Shown piece by piece: positions 1 to 12,082 of a DNA stretch of 62,485 nt. The DNA comes from an uncultured Erysipelotrichaceae bacterium. Lineage in GTDB: Bacteria > Bacillota_I > Bacilli_A > RF39 > UBA660. Position 1 is the stretch's first letter. Every line of letters starts with the position of its first letter. Location: NCBI GenBank assembly GCA_902778125.1, contig CACYWH010000010.1, forward strand, positions 1 to 62,485. The letters are read 5' to 3'. The notes beneath the pieces are model-generated. The model was not told the DNA's origin. It did not search any database and saw nothing but the letters and a program-made list of their open reading frames with translations. The position numbers and the translations under genes are program-made.

Positions 1-494
<494 letters not shown>

Positions 495-685
495 TTATTT
501 CCTTTCGTATAAACGAAAAGAGGAGCCAATAGTATCTAATAAAGTCTAAATACTACTGACTCCTCAAAATTATTTATATTATAAATATTTAATTCTTTGC
601 TTTTAATCATAGATGTACCTCCATTTCTAGAGCATACCTATGCACTGGTTATTTATAATATCACTTTTTTAAAATAAGTCAATAG

Positions 686-994
686 TTAGCAATTTTTAGC
701 TAGTTTAAAGTAGTTTTCTAATTCAGATAAGTTGTGTCTATCATTTAGGTTATTAACATAGAAAGAATTAATACCATTGAAAAAGAGAAATGTATAATCA
801 TTAATAATAACTTTATGTGGATCTACATAAGCAAGATTACTGGGTTCTAATCTAATTAAATGGCCTTTCTCAAGTTTTATAGAAGTAGAAGTATAATTCT
901 TAGCCCAATCAATCTTTTTCTTCAAATCGGGGCTCAAATCAAGTTTTTCTTTAATAATATTTAACATATCATCACAACCTTTCATAAACGACAA
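686..994 (-). CDS. Hypothetical protein (102 aa as tracked with TTG start; first ATG at 985)
   Basis: Open frame only, with no motif recognised. It begins immediately downstream of a minus-strand terminator hairpin, so expression is uncertain. Confidence 0.3.
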   Translation of the reverse strand: MSFMKGCDDMLNIIKEKLDLSPDLKKKIDWAKNYTSTSIKLEKGHLIRLEPSNLAYVDPHKVIINDYTFLFFNGINSFYVNNLNDRHNLSELENYFKLAKNC

Positions 995-1019
995 AAAAAC
1001 TCAATTCTTTCGAATTGAG
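993..1019 (-). terminator. Rho-independent terminator (minus strand) after the tRNA-like remnant
   Basis: The minus strand reads CTCAATTC-GAAA-GAATTGAG followed by TTTTTTT (stem 1000-1019, run 993-999). Confidence 0.6.
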
Positions 1020-1037
1020 CTTTATCTCAACATCGCT

Positions 1038-1103
1038 TGGTGCGACGATTTTTACAAATGGAGCGCTTGGAAGGCTGAAGTTCTACCATTAAACTACACC
1101 TGC
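1038..1103 (-). pseudogene. Truncated tRNA-Gly(UCC)-like remnant (5' half only)
   Basis: The minus strand reads GCAGGTGTAGTTTAATGGTAGAACTTCAGCCTTCCAAGC.. This gives the acceptor 5' arm, the D-arm and an anticodon loop with UCC, as in Firmicute tRNA-Gly. The 3' anticodon-stem strand, the T-arm (no GGTTCGA) and a complementary acceptor 3' strand are absent, although ..GCACCA occurs at 1038-1043. Confidence 0.5.
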
Positions 1104-1166
1104 ATCTAAATGCATAATTAATTCTACTTTAATTTTTGCATTTTGTCAACACTTTTGTTTAGAACT

Positions 1167-2342
1167 TCAGCCATTTTTCTTCTTTTCAATTTCTTTAAGA
1201 TATAAGTTGTATGTATCTAGTGTTACATCATCGAAACTTCTTGATAACATTTTTTTTGCATTTTTTGAAATTTTAGATAGTTTCTTTTTATCAGATAATA
1301 TTTCTTTTATTTTGTCTTTAAATTCTATTCTGTTTTCTTCACATAGGTATCCATTAACATTATCTGTTATGGTTTCGGCTGTAACACTATCTTTAATAAA
1401 TAATCCAGCAGTCTCATTAATTGCTGCTTCTATTTGAACTAAACTACACGTATCGAATGTAGAAGGAAACAAAAATAAATCTGCCCTTGCATATATTGAT
1501 GATAATAGTTCTCTATCAGTAATTTTACCAGTTAATATTACATTTTTTTCTAATTTATATTCTTTGATTTGTTCTCTTAGTTTTTCTTCGTCAGGACCAG
1601 TACCAACATAGATCATTTTAAAATTAAAGCCATTTTCTTTTAATAGTTTTAATGAATCTAATATAAAGAAAATGTTTTTAACTTCATTTATTCTTCCTAC
1701 GAATAATAAGACATTGTCTTCACTATTTAAATTATAAAGTCTATTAACTTTTTCAAATGCTTTCCTCTTATTTTTAACTTCTGTAATATCTGTTCCATTA
1801 TATATAATGGCGGGATCATATTTATATCCGTATTTTTTATATTCTAAAGCAGTCCTATTGTTAACAGCAATACAATTATCACATTTGTTATATACAGTTA
1901 TTAAGTTATTTAAAATTTGATTAACTAAAGTTTCACTATGAAATAGTTTTCTTATTTCATAATCAAATAATGTATGCATGGTAGCAATAGCGGGTATATT
2001 TAAATCATGCGCAACTTTTAAGCCAAGCCTTCCAATCATAAATGGAGAGTGGATATGTACAATATCAAATTGTTCTTTTATTAGTTTTTTATAAATGCTA
2101 GTCCATCTTGGTTGATTAAAAGAAAATTTATATTCAGTGTTTAAAAATTTATGGCTTTTTATTCTTATTATTTTATAAGGATAATTTTTATCTTCTTTAT
2201 ATGTTTCTGTCCATGGTACGATTACAGTTACATCATTATATTTTGCTAATCTTTTTGCTAAATTATCAATTACTATAACGACTCCATCCACATTTGGGTA
2301 GAAACTATCCATGAATATTCCTATTTTTAATCTTTTATTCAT
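1167..2342 (-). CDS. GT4-family (GT-B fold) glycosyltransferase, probably a glycolipid/diacylglycerol glycosyltransferase
   Basis: 391-aa ORF. The N-terminus KIGIFMDSFYPNVDGV and the C-terminal ..LFLFPSTFDTCSLVQIEAA.. (E-x7-E region) are typical of retaining GT4 enzymes. Confidence 0.75.
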   Translation of the reverse strand: MNKRLKIGIFMDSFYPNVDGVVIVIDNLAKRLAKYNDVTVIVPWTETYKEDKNYPYKIIRIKSHKFLNTEYKFSFNQPRWTSIYKKLIKEQFDIVHIHSPFMIGRLGLKVAHDLNIPAIATMHTLFDYEIRKLFHSETLVNQILNNLITVYNKCDNCIAVNNRTALEYKKYGYKYDPAIIYNGTDITEVKNKRKAFEKVNRLYNLNSEDNVLLFVGRINEVKNIFFILDSLKLLKENGFNFKMIYVGTGPDEEKLREQIKEYKLEKNVILTGKITDRELLSSIYARADLFLFPSTFDTCSLVQIEAAINETAGLFIKDSVTAETITDNVNGYLCEENRIEFKDKIKEILSDKKKLSKISKNAKKMLSRSFDDVTLDTYNLYLKEIEKKKNG

Positions 2343-2368
2343 AATAAAATATACTCCTGTGTTACTAA

Positions 2369-4411
<2,043 letters not shown>

Positions 4412-4458
4412 AATAAATTATAGTATAATATTAAAAGCCAAGGGAAGGTGTTAAATTA

Positions 4459-4929
4459 ATGAAGAAAAAAAGAATTAGTGGAGATACTAAAATATTATTA
4501 GTTTTATTCTTTATATTATTAGTATGTTTTGGAGTAATTGCTTTTCTATTTTATAAATTCTTTTATGCAGGAGCAGGAGAAACTAAATATGGAGATAGAT
4601 TAGAAGGAATAGAAAATTATAAATTAAGTGCAACATTACAAGAGGATATTAATAGTATTTATGAAAATAATAAAGCTATAAATACTGTTAAAGTAGAAAC
4701 ACAAGGAAAAATAATATATATCACTGTAGACTTTAAAGAATCAGTTAAAGTAGATAGTGCTAAAAGTGAAGCAATTAAAGCACTAGATAAAATTGGAGAA
4801 GAAAATTTAAAATTTTATGATGTTCAATTTATATTGACATATTCTGGTGAACAAGAAAATAATAATTTCCCAGTTTTTGGAGCAAAAAGTGCTAAGAGTT
4901 TAAAAGTAGTATGGATGGTGAGTAAATAA
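4459..4929 (+). CDS. Hypothetical membrane-anchored protein (single N-terminal TM)
   Basis: Good RBS (AAGGGAAGGTG). N-terminal hydrophobic helix ILLVLFFILLVCFGVIAFLFY. ATGA-type junction with the next gene. Confidence 0.5.
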   Translation: MKKKRISGDTKILLVLFFILLVCFGVIAFLFYKFFYAGAGETKYGDRLEGIENYKLSATLQEDINSIYENNKAINTVKVETQGKIIYITVDFKESVKVDSAKSEAIKALDKIGEENLKFYDVQFILTYSGEQENNNFPVFGAKSAKSLKVVWMVSK

Positions 4930-6959
4930 TGAAAGGTAAGAATAATAAGAAAACTGTCATACTAGTATTTTCATTAATATTATTATTTGTTCTTGCTTTT
5001 TTTGGAACTTTATATTTTTTAACTAGTACAGTTAATAATTATTCTTTTTCTGAAAAGAAATGGATAAATGATAATTCATCTACAACATTTGATATCTATG
5101 TTGAACAATCTCTTCCTATTTTTTCTAGTGAAGGAAAAGGTATTTATCATGAATATCTAAGAGCTTTAAAAGAAGACACAGGTTTGAATTTTAATGTTAT
5201 TGTTAGTGATACTAGTGATATTAAATTTGTTAATAAGAACAATATAAATGAAAATGATATTTTATTTTATAAAGATCATTATATAGTAGTTGGAACTCCT
5301 AATAGTGTAAATAGCGTATCTGATTTAGAAAATAAAAAGATAGGTATTATTACTTCTGATAAGAATGTAGTTGCTTATTATTTAACAGAATATAAAAATA
5401 TAGATATTAAATCTTATGATACATTTTCTGATTTAAGCAGTGCATATTCATCTAAACAAATTGATTATATGGTTATACCTATGTATAAATATATTGATCA
5501 AATCATATCTTCAAATTATGAAATTGTATTTCATTTAGATGGTTTATTTTCATATTATTGTTTAGTTCCATCAAATGAAAATGATGAACTAAATGGTATT
5601 ATGAGTAAATTCTATAATAGATGGCAAAATACATCTTTTGATAAAATGAATGAATATTTCTTAGACATGTATTATACCGCTAAAGGTTATAGTGAACTTG
5701 AAAAAGAATCTATTACTAATGAAGATTTTATTGTTGGATATATTAACAATTTACCATATGAAGGGATGATTAGAAGAAGCTTTACAGGTCTTACTGATAC
5801 ATACCTTTCAAAATTTGCTAATATAACTGGTGTTACTTATAAATATATAAAATATGATGATATAAAAGAAATGCAAGATGCACTTAAGAATAATAAAATT
5901 GATTTAATGCTAAATTATTATTCTTTAAGTGACAATAATTACACTAGTACTAGAAATTTAGGTACTACTGAATATGTTGTACTTGCTCATGCTGATAATA
6001 ATATAGTAATTAATTCATTATATAGTTTATCTAATACAACTGTTACTATGCTTGGAAATATGAATTTAAAATATAGTATGGCTAGTAAAAATTTATTTGA
6101 AATTAAAGATTATAATAATATTAAAGATTTACTTAAGAATATTAATAAGGAATCAGTTATAATTGTTGAAAAAGAAGTATATGATTACTATAAAGATAGT
6201 TCTCTTAGAAATTATAGTATTAGATATATCGATAGTATTAAGTTAAATAATTCTTTCTTATTGAATAAAGGTAATGAATCATTTAATAAATTATTTGATT
6301 TTTATCTTAGTATGTTAAGTTCAAATGAAGTTAAAAATGAAAGTGTTGTTGGAGTTTTATCAACATTAAGAAATAATATAATATTTAATTTCATTATTGA
6401 AAATATTTTAGTAATTGTAATAGTTATATTAGTTTTATCATTTATAGTATATATAATTATAAAGAGATTAATGTATTCTAAGAAAATTAAAAAAGAAGAC
6501 AGACTATATTATTTTGATGCAATGACTAATTTAAAAAATAGAAATTATTTAAATGATAATATTGATGCATGGTCATCTACTAAAGTTTATCCACAAGCAA
6601 TAATTGTTATTGATATTAATAATTTAAGAAAATTAAATGATAAAGATGGACATGAGGCTGGAGATAATCAAATTAGAGCTGTTGCTAGTGTATTAATTAA
6701 AACTCAAAGGGATAATACAGAAATCATGAGAACTGATGGAGATGAATTTATAATTTATTTAGTTGGATATGATGAAAAGAAAATTGGAACTTATATTCAT
6801 AAGTTGAATCGTGAGTTATCAAGTTCACTTCCTAATAAGGAATATGGTGTATCAATTGGATATGCAATGATTACAAATGAACAAACTACAATTGATGATG
6901 CTATTAATGATTCTTTAACAATGATACGTTCATCTAAAGGTATTTCAAATGAAAGATAA
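4929..6959 (+). CDS. Membrane sensor protein with extracytoplasmic solute-binding-like region and C-terminal GGDEF-type domain (motif reads DGDEF)
   Basis: N-terminal TM, a second TM (~aa 490-510), then YFDAMTNLKNRNYL..DINNLRKLNDKDGHEAGD..RTDGDEFIIYL, typical of diguanylate cyclase domains. Confidence 0.8.
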   Translation: MKGKNNKKTVILVFSLILLFVLAFFGTLYFLTSTVNNYSFSEKKWINDNSSTTFDIYVEQSLPIFSSEGKGIYHEYLRALKEDTGLNFNVIVSDTSDIKFVNKNNINENDILFYKDHYIVVGTPNSVNSVSDLENKKIGIITSDKNVVAYYLTEYKNIDIKSYDTFSDLSSAYSSKQIDYMVIPMYKYIDQIISSNYEIVFHLDGLFSYYCLVPSNENDELNGIMSKFYNRWQNTSFDKMNEYFLDMYYTAKGYSELEKESITNEDFIVGYINNLPYEGMIRRSFTGLTDTYLSKFANITGVTYKYIKYDDIKEMQDALKNNKIDLMLNYYSLSDNNYTSTRNLGTTEYVVLAHADNNIVINSLYSLSNTTVTMLGNMNLKYSMASKNLFEIKDYNNIKDLLKNINKESVIIVEKEVYDYYKDSSLRNYSIRYIDSIKLNNSFLLNKGNESFNKLFDFYLSMLSSNEVKNESVVGVLSTLRNNIIFNFIIENILVIVIVILVLSFIVYIIIKRLMYSKKIKKEDRLYYFDAMTNLKNRNYLNDNIDAWSSTKVYPQAIIVIDINNLRKLNDKDGHEAGDNQIRAVASVLIKTQRDNTEIMRTDGDEFIIYLVGYDEKKIGTYIHKLNRELSSSLPNKEYGVSIGYAMITNEQTTIDDAINDSLTMIRSSKGISNER

Positions 6960-7815
6960 AGTTAAGAGTGCATATGATTTATTATCTGGTCGTGAACTTA
7001 GTATACTTCCTGGTAATCTGGCTTATTCATTTTTCTTAGCATTGATACCTATATTAACATTGTTATTTTATGTTCTTACTAAATTTAATTTACCACTTGA
7101 TATTATTCAAAACTTTTTAAATAATACATTTCCTAAAGGAGTAGTTGATTTATTACAACCAGTTTTAGCTTCCCAAATATCACTTAATTCAATTATTACA
7201 ATAGTATTTGGATTACTTGTAACAGTTAATGGATGTCATTCAATAATAATTGCAAGTAATACAATATTTAATATAGAAGATGCATCAATTTTAAAAAGAT
7301 ATATTAAATCAATATTGCTTACATTATTATTAATATTACTATTTGCATTTATTGTAATTGTTCCATTATTTGGTAGTTCTATATTATCTATAATTGCAAG
7401 ATTTATGGACTCATTTATTAAATATGAAACAATAGTTAATATATTATATGTGGTATTACAGGTACCAGTTGCAGTATTATTCATATTTAGTTTTATTAAA
7501 TTAGTGTATGTTTTAGCACCAGATGATAAAATACCTAGTAAATATACTAACAAAGGTGCATTATTTACCACTTTTGGATGGCTACTTGCTACTAATATAT
7601 ATTCATACTATATTAATAATTGGGCAAGATATAATTTAGTATATGGTAATTTAGCAAATATTGTAATATTGATGTTATGGTTTTATGTACTGGCATATAT
7701 ATTTGTATTAGGACTTTATATAAATAAGAGTTCTATAGATGCTGGTATTGAAAAAACTAATACAATTAAATTAGATGAAATTAGAAAAAAAGTACACAAC
7801 ATAAATAGAAAATAG
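6949..7815 (+). CDS. YihY/BrkB-family (formerly ribonuclease BN-like) membrane protein
   Basis: LSILPGNLAYSFFLALIPILTLL.. signature and six hydrophobic segments. 288 aa. Confidence 0.8.
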   Translation: MKDKVKSAYDLLSGRELSILPGNLAYSFFLALIPILTLLFYVLTKFNLPLDIIQNFLNNTFPKGVVDLLQPVLASQISLNSIITIVFGLLVTVNGCHSIIIASNTIFNIEDASILKRYIKSILLTLLLILLFAFIVIVPLFGSSILSIIARFMDSFIKYETIVNILYVVLQVPVAVLFIFSFIKLVYVLAPDDKIPSKYTNKGALFTTFGWLLATNIYSYYINNWARYNLVYGNLANIVILMLWFYVLAYIFVLGLYINKSSIDAGIEKTNTIKLDEIRKKVHNINRK

Positions 7816-7874
7816 GGTCAAATATTGACAATATTTTCTTTTTTAATGTGCTAATATTTATTTGGTGAATTCTA

Positions 7875-8051
7875 ATGTTGAAAGTTAAAATATTTGATGA
7901 TAATCATGAAAAAGATTTAGAACGTCATATAAATGATTTCCTAATGAACAACAATTATGATATAATGGATGTGCAGTTTAGAACTGCTGTTTCAATATTT
8001 GGAGAGGAGCAAATATATTGTTTTTCTGCATTAATATTGTATAAGGAGTAA
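7875..8051 (+). CDS. cse60: Cse60-like small sporulation protein (58 aa; below the ORF-track size cutoff)
   Basis: Own translation: MLKVKIFDDNHEKDLERHINDFLMNNNYDIMDVQFRTAVSIFGEEQIYCFSALILYKE. It resembles Bacillus Cse60 (MxxVKxFDxxHEKDLE .. QIYCFSALILY). Confidence 0.65.
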   Translation: MLKVKIFDDNHEKDLERHINDFLMNNNYDIMDVQFRTAVSIFGEEQIYCFSALILYKE

Positions 8052-8052
8052 T

Positions 8053-9687
8053 ATGAAAAAGAATTCATTTGTGGAGGGGACAATTTTTGCCTCATTATCA
8101 TATTTGATTATAAAAATTTTAGGAGCAGTATATGTAATTCCATTTTATGCAATAGTTGGTACTTTGGGTGGAGCATTATATTCTTATGCATATACTGTAT
8201 ATAGTTTAATTATAAATATGTGTACTATTGGTATACCTAATGCTATTAGTAAAATAGTAAGTGAGTATAATACTTTAGAAATGTATGAAGCAAAAGAAAG
8301 AACACTTAAAATTGGAAATAAAATAATAGCGGTTATGTCTACAATTTTATTCATCATAATGTTCTTATTTGCAAAGCAAATTGCTTATATATTTATAGGT
8401 GATTTAGATAGTACTGGAAATAGTATAGAAGATGTAGTACTTGTTATAAGAGCAATATCATTTTGTATACTAATTATTCCATACCTTGCTATTAAGAAGG
8501 GTTATTTACAAGGACAAAAATTTGTAACAGTAAGTTCTAATAGTGAAGTAATAGAGCAATTTATTAGAGTAGGTTTTATAATAATTGGATCTTATCTTGC
8601 TATAAAGGTGTTCCATTTATCCACTAGTATTGGTGTATCTATAGCATTGCTTGGTGCTTTTTTTGCTGGGCTTTCTGCATTTATATATTTAAATGTTAAA
8701 ATCAAAAAAAATAAAGATAAATTAAATTTACCAGATAATGGAGTTAAAGATAAAGTTACTGATAAAACAATATTTAATAAAATAGTTAAATTTAGTATTC
8801 CGTTAATGATTATTTCAATTACAACTGATTTATATTGTATGACTGATTTATCACTTGTAATTAGAGGGCTTACATATCTAGGATATAATGGAGCAACTGC
8901 TGAAACAATTGCTAGTGTTATATCTACTTGGGCAATTAAAATATGTTTAATAGTTAATGCTGTTACATTTGGATTAAGCGTTAACATTATTCCTCATATG
9001 GTTGCTAGTTATATAAAGAAAGACTTTAAAGAAATAAATAATCAATTTGTTAAATCAATTGGAATTGCACTTGCAATAGGATTACCTATGAGTGTTGGTA
9101 TTAGTTTATTATCTCATGAATTATATTTGGTTTTTTATGGGGAATCATTATATGGTGGTATTATTTTAAGATTACTTCCATTTGCTATATTTGTAAGTAA
9201 TATTAATCTAGTTATAAATAGTGTATTGCAAAGTTTAAATAAATATAAAGTTATATATTTAAGTACAATTGTTGGACTAGCAACTAATGCTATTTTAGAT
9301 ATTCCTCTTATGATACTTTGTTCTAAGATTGGAATATATACTTATTATGGAGCTATATTTGCTACATTGATTGGCTCATCTTTATCAGTATTTATTTCAC
9401 TTAGAGCATTAAAGAAATCAATGAATTTCAAATATTCTGGAATATTAAAAATATTAAAAAAAGAATTATTGCCATTAATTTCAATGATAATAACTGTACT
9501 TGTGATTCAACATTTTATAAAAGGATTCTTTACTGGTAGAATGATTAATTTAGTACCATGTTTAATATATGCTTTATTTGGCGCTATAGTATATGGATTA
9601 ATAGCATATAAGAATGGACTATTATATGATGTGCTTGGTGAAGAATATGTTAACTCTATATTAAAAAAATTAAGATTAAAAAAGTAA
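8053..9687 (+). CDS. MOP-superfamily polysaccharide/lipid II flippase (MurJ/SpoVB/YtgP-like)
   Basis: 544 aa with about 14 hydrophobic segments. The N-terminus KKNSFVEGTIFASLSYLIIKILGAVYVIPFYAIVG is typical of this family. Confidence 0.8.
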   Translation: MKKNSFVEGTIFASLSYLIIKILGAVYVIPFYAIVGTLGGALYSYAYTVYSLIINMCTIGIPNAISKIVSEYNTLEMYEAKERTLKIGNKIIAVMSTILFIIMFLFAKQIAYIFIGDLDSTGNSIEDVVLVIRAISFCILIIPYLAIKKGYLQGQKFVTVSSNSEVIEQFIRVGFIIIGSYLAIKVFHLSTSIGVSIALLGAFFAGLSAFIYLNVKIKKNKDKLNLPDNGVKDKVTDKTIFNKIVKFSIPLMIISITTDLYCMTDLSLVIRGLTYLGYNGATAETIASVISTWAIKICLIVNAVTFGLSVNIIPHMVASYIKKDFKEINNQFVKSIGIALAIGLPMSVGISLLSHELYLVFYGESLYGGIILRLLPFAIFVSNINLVINSVLQSLNKYKVIYLSTIVGLATNAILDIPLMILCSKIGIYTYYGAIFATLIGSSLSVFISLRALKKSMNFKYSGILKILKKELLPLISMIITVLVIQHFIKGFFTGRMINLVPCLIYALFGAIVYGLIAYKNGLLYDVLGEEYVNSILKKLRLKK

Positions 9688-9708
9688 GTAATTAAATTAC
9701 TTACTTTT
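9680..9708. terminator. Bidirectional terminator hairpin between convergent genes
   Basis: Perfect palindrome AAAAGTAAGTAATT/AAATTACTTACTTTT, flanked by A-runs on one side and T-runs on the other. Confidence 0.6.
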
Positions 9709-9711
9709 AAA

Positions 9712-10185
9712 TTACATAAATGATTTTAATATAATTAATGCAATTGAACTTATTAAAATAGAAACTATATATAATATAACACTTATATCAATTAAACCAT
9801 TTTGTGGTGCTAGAGAATTATGTATTTCTTTTAAATCATCTTCAGTTAATTCTAAAGTTTGTTCTAAATTTTTTCTAAGTTCTTTAGCATCTTCTAAAGT
9901 TATTCTTTGTTCTGAAATAAATGTATCAGTTAAATTCATTCCTTTTTTTGCATAATCTAATATATTTACTTCTTCACTTGATGGATTTTTTTGAACTTTA
10001 ATATATTGTTCTATCTCTTTATAAGTATTTTCAATATTAGAAGAAGTGTTTTTTGGATTAAATGCATCTTTTAATAATTGAGATACTTTAACTGGATCAA
10101 TACACTTGAAATCTTGGTTTTTATATCTTAAATATTGTTCACCTTTTTTATAAAATAAATACATCATATCAGTCATATCATTCAC
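9712..10185 (-). CDS. Hypothetical tail-anchored membrane protein
   Basis: 157-aa ORF with one C-terminal TM (ISVILYIVSILISSIALIIL). No motif recognised. Confidence 0.45.
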   Translation of the reverse strand: MNDMTDMMYLFYKKGEQYLRYKNQDFKCIDPVKVSQLLKDAFNPKNTSSNIENTYKEIEQYIKVQKNPSSEEVNILDYAKKGMNLTDTFISEQRITLEDAKELRKNLEQTLELTEDDLKEIHNSLAPQNGLIDISVILYIVSILISSIALIILKSFM

Positions 10186-10292
10186 CCTCTATTATAATAG
10201 TAGTATATAATATTTTTCACAATTTTACAACTTTTATTTTAGTAGTAGCTATGCTATAATATAAATACATTATTAATGGAGGTGAAATCATA

Positions 10293-10730
10293 ATGAAAGT
10301 AATATTCATAAAAGATGTTAAAGGGCAAGGTAAGAAAGATGATATTAAAGATGTTAAGGATGGTTATGCTAAATTTTTAATATCAAATGGGTTAGCAGTT
10401 GCATATACTTCTGCTAGTATGAAAGTGTTAAATAATCAAATTGATCAAAGAAAAAAAGATGAAGAAAAATTAATAGAAGAATGTAATAAAATTAAAAATA
10501 AATTAAAAGGTAAAAAAATAGAATTTAAAGTTAAAACAGGAAAAGAAGATAGAGTGTTTGGTAGTATAAGTACTAAACAAATAAGTGAAGAATTATCTAA
10601 AATGGGATATGATATAGATAAAAAGAAAATCACATGTGATAGTGAGATAAATTCACTTGGTACACATGAAGTAACAATTACATTACATAAGGAAGTTACA
10701 TTTAAATTGGATGTTGTTTTAACTAAATAG
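10293..10730 (+). CDS. rplI: 50S ribosomal protein L9
   Basis: [36 protein letters not shown].. is a canonical L9 N-terminus. RBS GGAGGTG. Classical rplI-dnaB linkage. Confidence 0.95.
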   Translation: MKVIFIKDVKGQGKKDDIKDVKDGYAKFLISNGLAVAYTSASMKVLNNQIDQRKKDEEKLIEECNKIKNKLKGKKIEFKVKTGKEDRVFGSISTKQISEELSKMGYDIDKKKITCDSEINSLGTHEVTITLHKEVTFKLDVVLTK

Positions 10731-10738
10731 GAGGTATT

Positions 10739-12082
10739 ATGGCAAGACGTGAACCACAAAATTTAGATGCTGAAATGTCTGTTTTAGGATGTGGGTTTTT
10801 AGAAAAATCTGCTCTTGATAAAATAATGGATGAAGTTAGTGATGAGATGTTTTATAGTGATGCAAATAGACTTATATATAAGACTATGAAAACATTACAT
10901 ATTAATAATATTCCAGTTGATGCACAAACTGTATGTAATGAATTAGATAAGAGTAAATCATTATCAAAAGTTGGTGGAGTAGAATATATTACAGAAGTAA
11001 TAAATTCAGTTCCTTCTACTGCTAACTTGAATTATTATATTAAAATTATTTTTGAAAAGGCTGTGCTTAGAAATTTAATAGATAAAAGTACTAAAATACA
11101 AGAAGAATGTTATGATGAAAAAGAAGAAGTTGCTGATATAGTAGAAAATGCAGAAAGAAATATTTTAAGTGTTTATAATGATAAATTAGGTAAAGATATT
11201 AGAAAAATACAAGATATCTTACCTGAAGTTCAAAAAAATCTAGAAGCGTTATCTGAAAGTGATAATGAATATACTGGGATTAGAACTGGATACTATGATT
11301 TAGATAAAATAACAAGAGGGCTTCAAAAGAAACAAGTTATCATTATAGCAGGAAGACCAGGTTGTGGTAAAAGTGCATTTGCATTAAATGTAGGTGTTAA
11401 TGCAGCAATACAAAGCAAAAAAAGTGTAGCACTATTCTCATTAGAAATGGGTGCTGATGAAATTGCTAAAAGAATGTATGGCTGTGTAGGAAAAATAGAT
11501 GGCGATGTGTTGAAAACTGGAAAACTTAAAAATACTGATTGGAAAAAATGTAATGAAGCTATTAGTGAACTTTCCGATACGAAGTTTTATATCGATGATT
11601 CTGGTGGACTTACTGTTAGTGAAATAAGACGTAAGTGTAGAAAATTAAAAAATTCTGATGATGGATTAGATTTAGTTATAATAGATTACTTACAATTACT
11701 ATCTAGTTCATCAAAATATGCTGGTCAAAGAACACAAGAAGTAAGTGAAGTCAGTCGTGATATTAAAAAACTTGCAATGGAGCTTGATATTCCTGTAATA
11801 GCACTAGCGCAATTATCAAGAAGTGTTGAACAAAGAAAAGGCGAAGATAGTATGCCAAGACTTTCTGATTTAAGAGAATCTGGTTCAATCGAGCAAGATG
11901 CCGATATAGTTCTTTTCTTACATAGTGATGAGTATGGTAAATATGGTTCAGATGTTAATAGAAAAATTGATTTATTAATTGCTAAACATAGAGCAGGTTC
12001 TACCGGAAAGGTTGAATTATTATTTAGAATGAACACTGGATCATTTGATAATTATATGAGTAAGGATGATGGAAATGAATAA
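10739..12082 (+). CDS. dnaB: Replicative DNA helicase (DnaB family; DnaC in Bacillus nomenclature)
   Basis: Walker A GRPGCGKSAF, IIDYLQLL, SRDIKKLAMELDIPVIALAQLSR and LRESGSIEQDADIV. Confidence 0.95.
   Translation: MARREPQNLDAEMSVLGCGFLEKSALDKIMDEVSDEMFYSDANRLIYKTMKTLHINNIPVDAQTVCNELDKSKSLSKVGGVEYITEVINSVPSTANLNYYIKIIFEKAVLRNLIDKSTKIQEECYDEKEEVADIVENAERNILSVYNDKLGKDIRKIQDILPEVQKNLEALSESDNEYTGIRTGYYDLDKITRGLQKKQVIIIAGRPGCGKSAFALNVGVNAAIQSKKSVALFSLEMGADEIAKRMYGCVGKIDGDVLKTGKLKNTDWKKCNEAISELSDTKFYIDDSGGLTVSEIRRKCRKLKNSDDGLDLVIIDYLQLLSSSSKYAGQRTQEVSEVSRDIKKLAMELDIPVIALAQLSRSVEQRKGEDSMPRLSDLRESGSIEQDADIVLFLHSDEYGKYGSDVNRKIDLLIAKHRAGSTGKVELLFRMNTGSFDNYMSKDDGNE

Noticed and set aside
1038-1103. A complete, functional tRNA-Gly gene
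   Set aside because: Only the acceptor 5' strand, the D-arm and the anticodon loop are present. After the anticodon loop, the sequence cannot form the anticodon stem, T-arm or acceptor stem.
1207-1437. Short ORFs antisense to or inside well-supported genes. Examples: 1207..1437, 4078..4338, 7236..7571, 8592..8987, 10445..10759, 11725..12036, 20393..20611, 23284..23544, 26615..27130, 29457..29642, 30392..30655, 30758..30991, 32255..32470, 36283..36507, 37457..37759, 39194..39460, 39282..39485, 41274..41504, 41368..41550, 43819..44001, 45291..45590, 48117..48335, 48837..49115, 50289..50510, 52721..52969, 55000..55206, 55416..55637, 56919..57131, 57205..57456, 58291..58473, 59416..59661, 61444..61674, 61896..62090
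   Set aside because: All lie within longer ORFs that have recognisable domains. Their translations are low-complexity, as expected for alternative frames in AT-rich DNA, and none has a convincing RBS.
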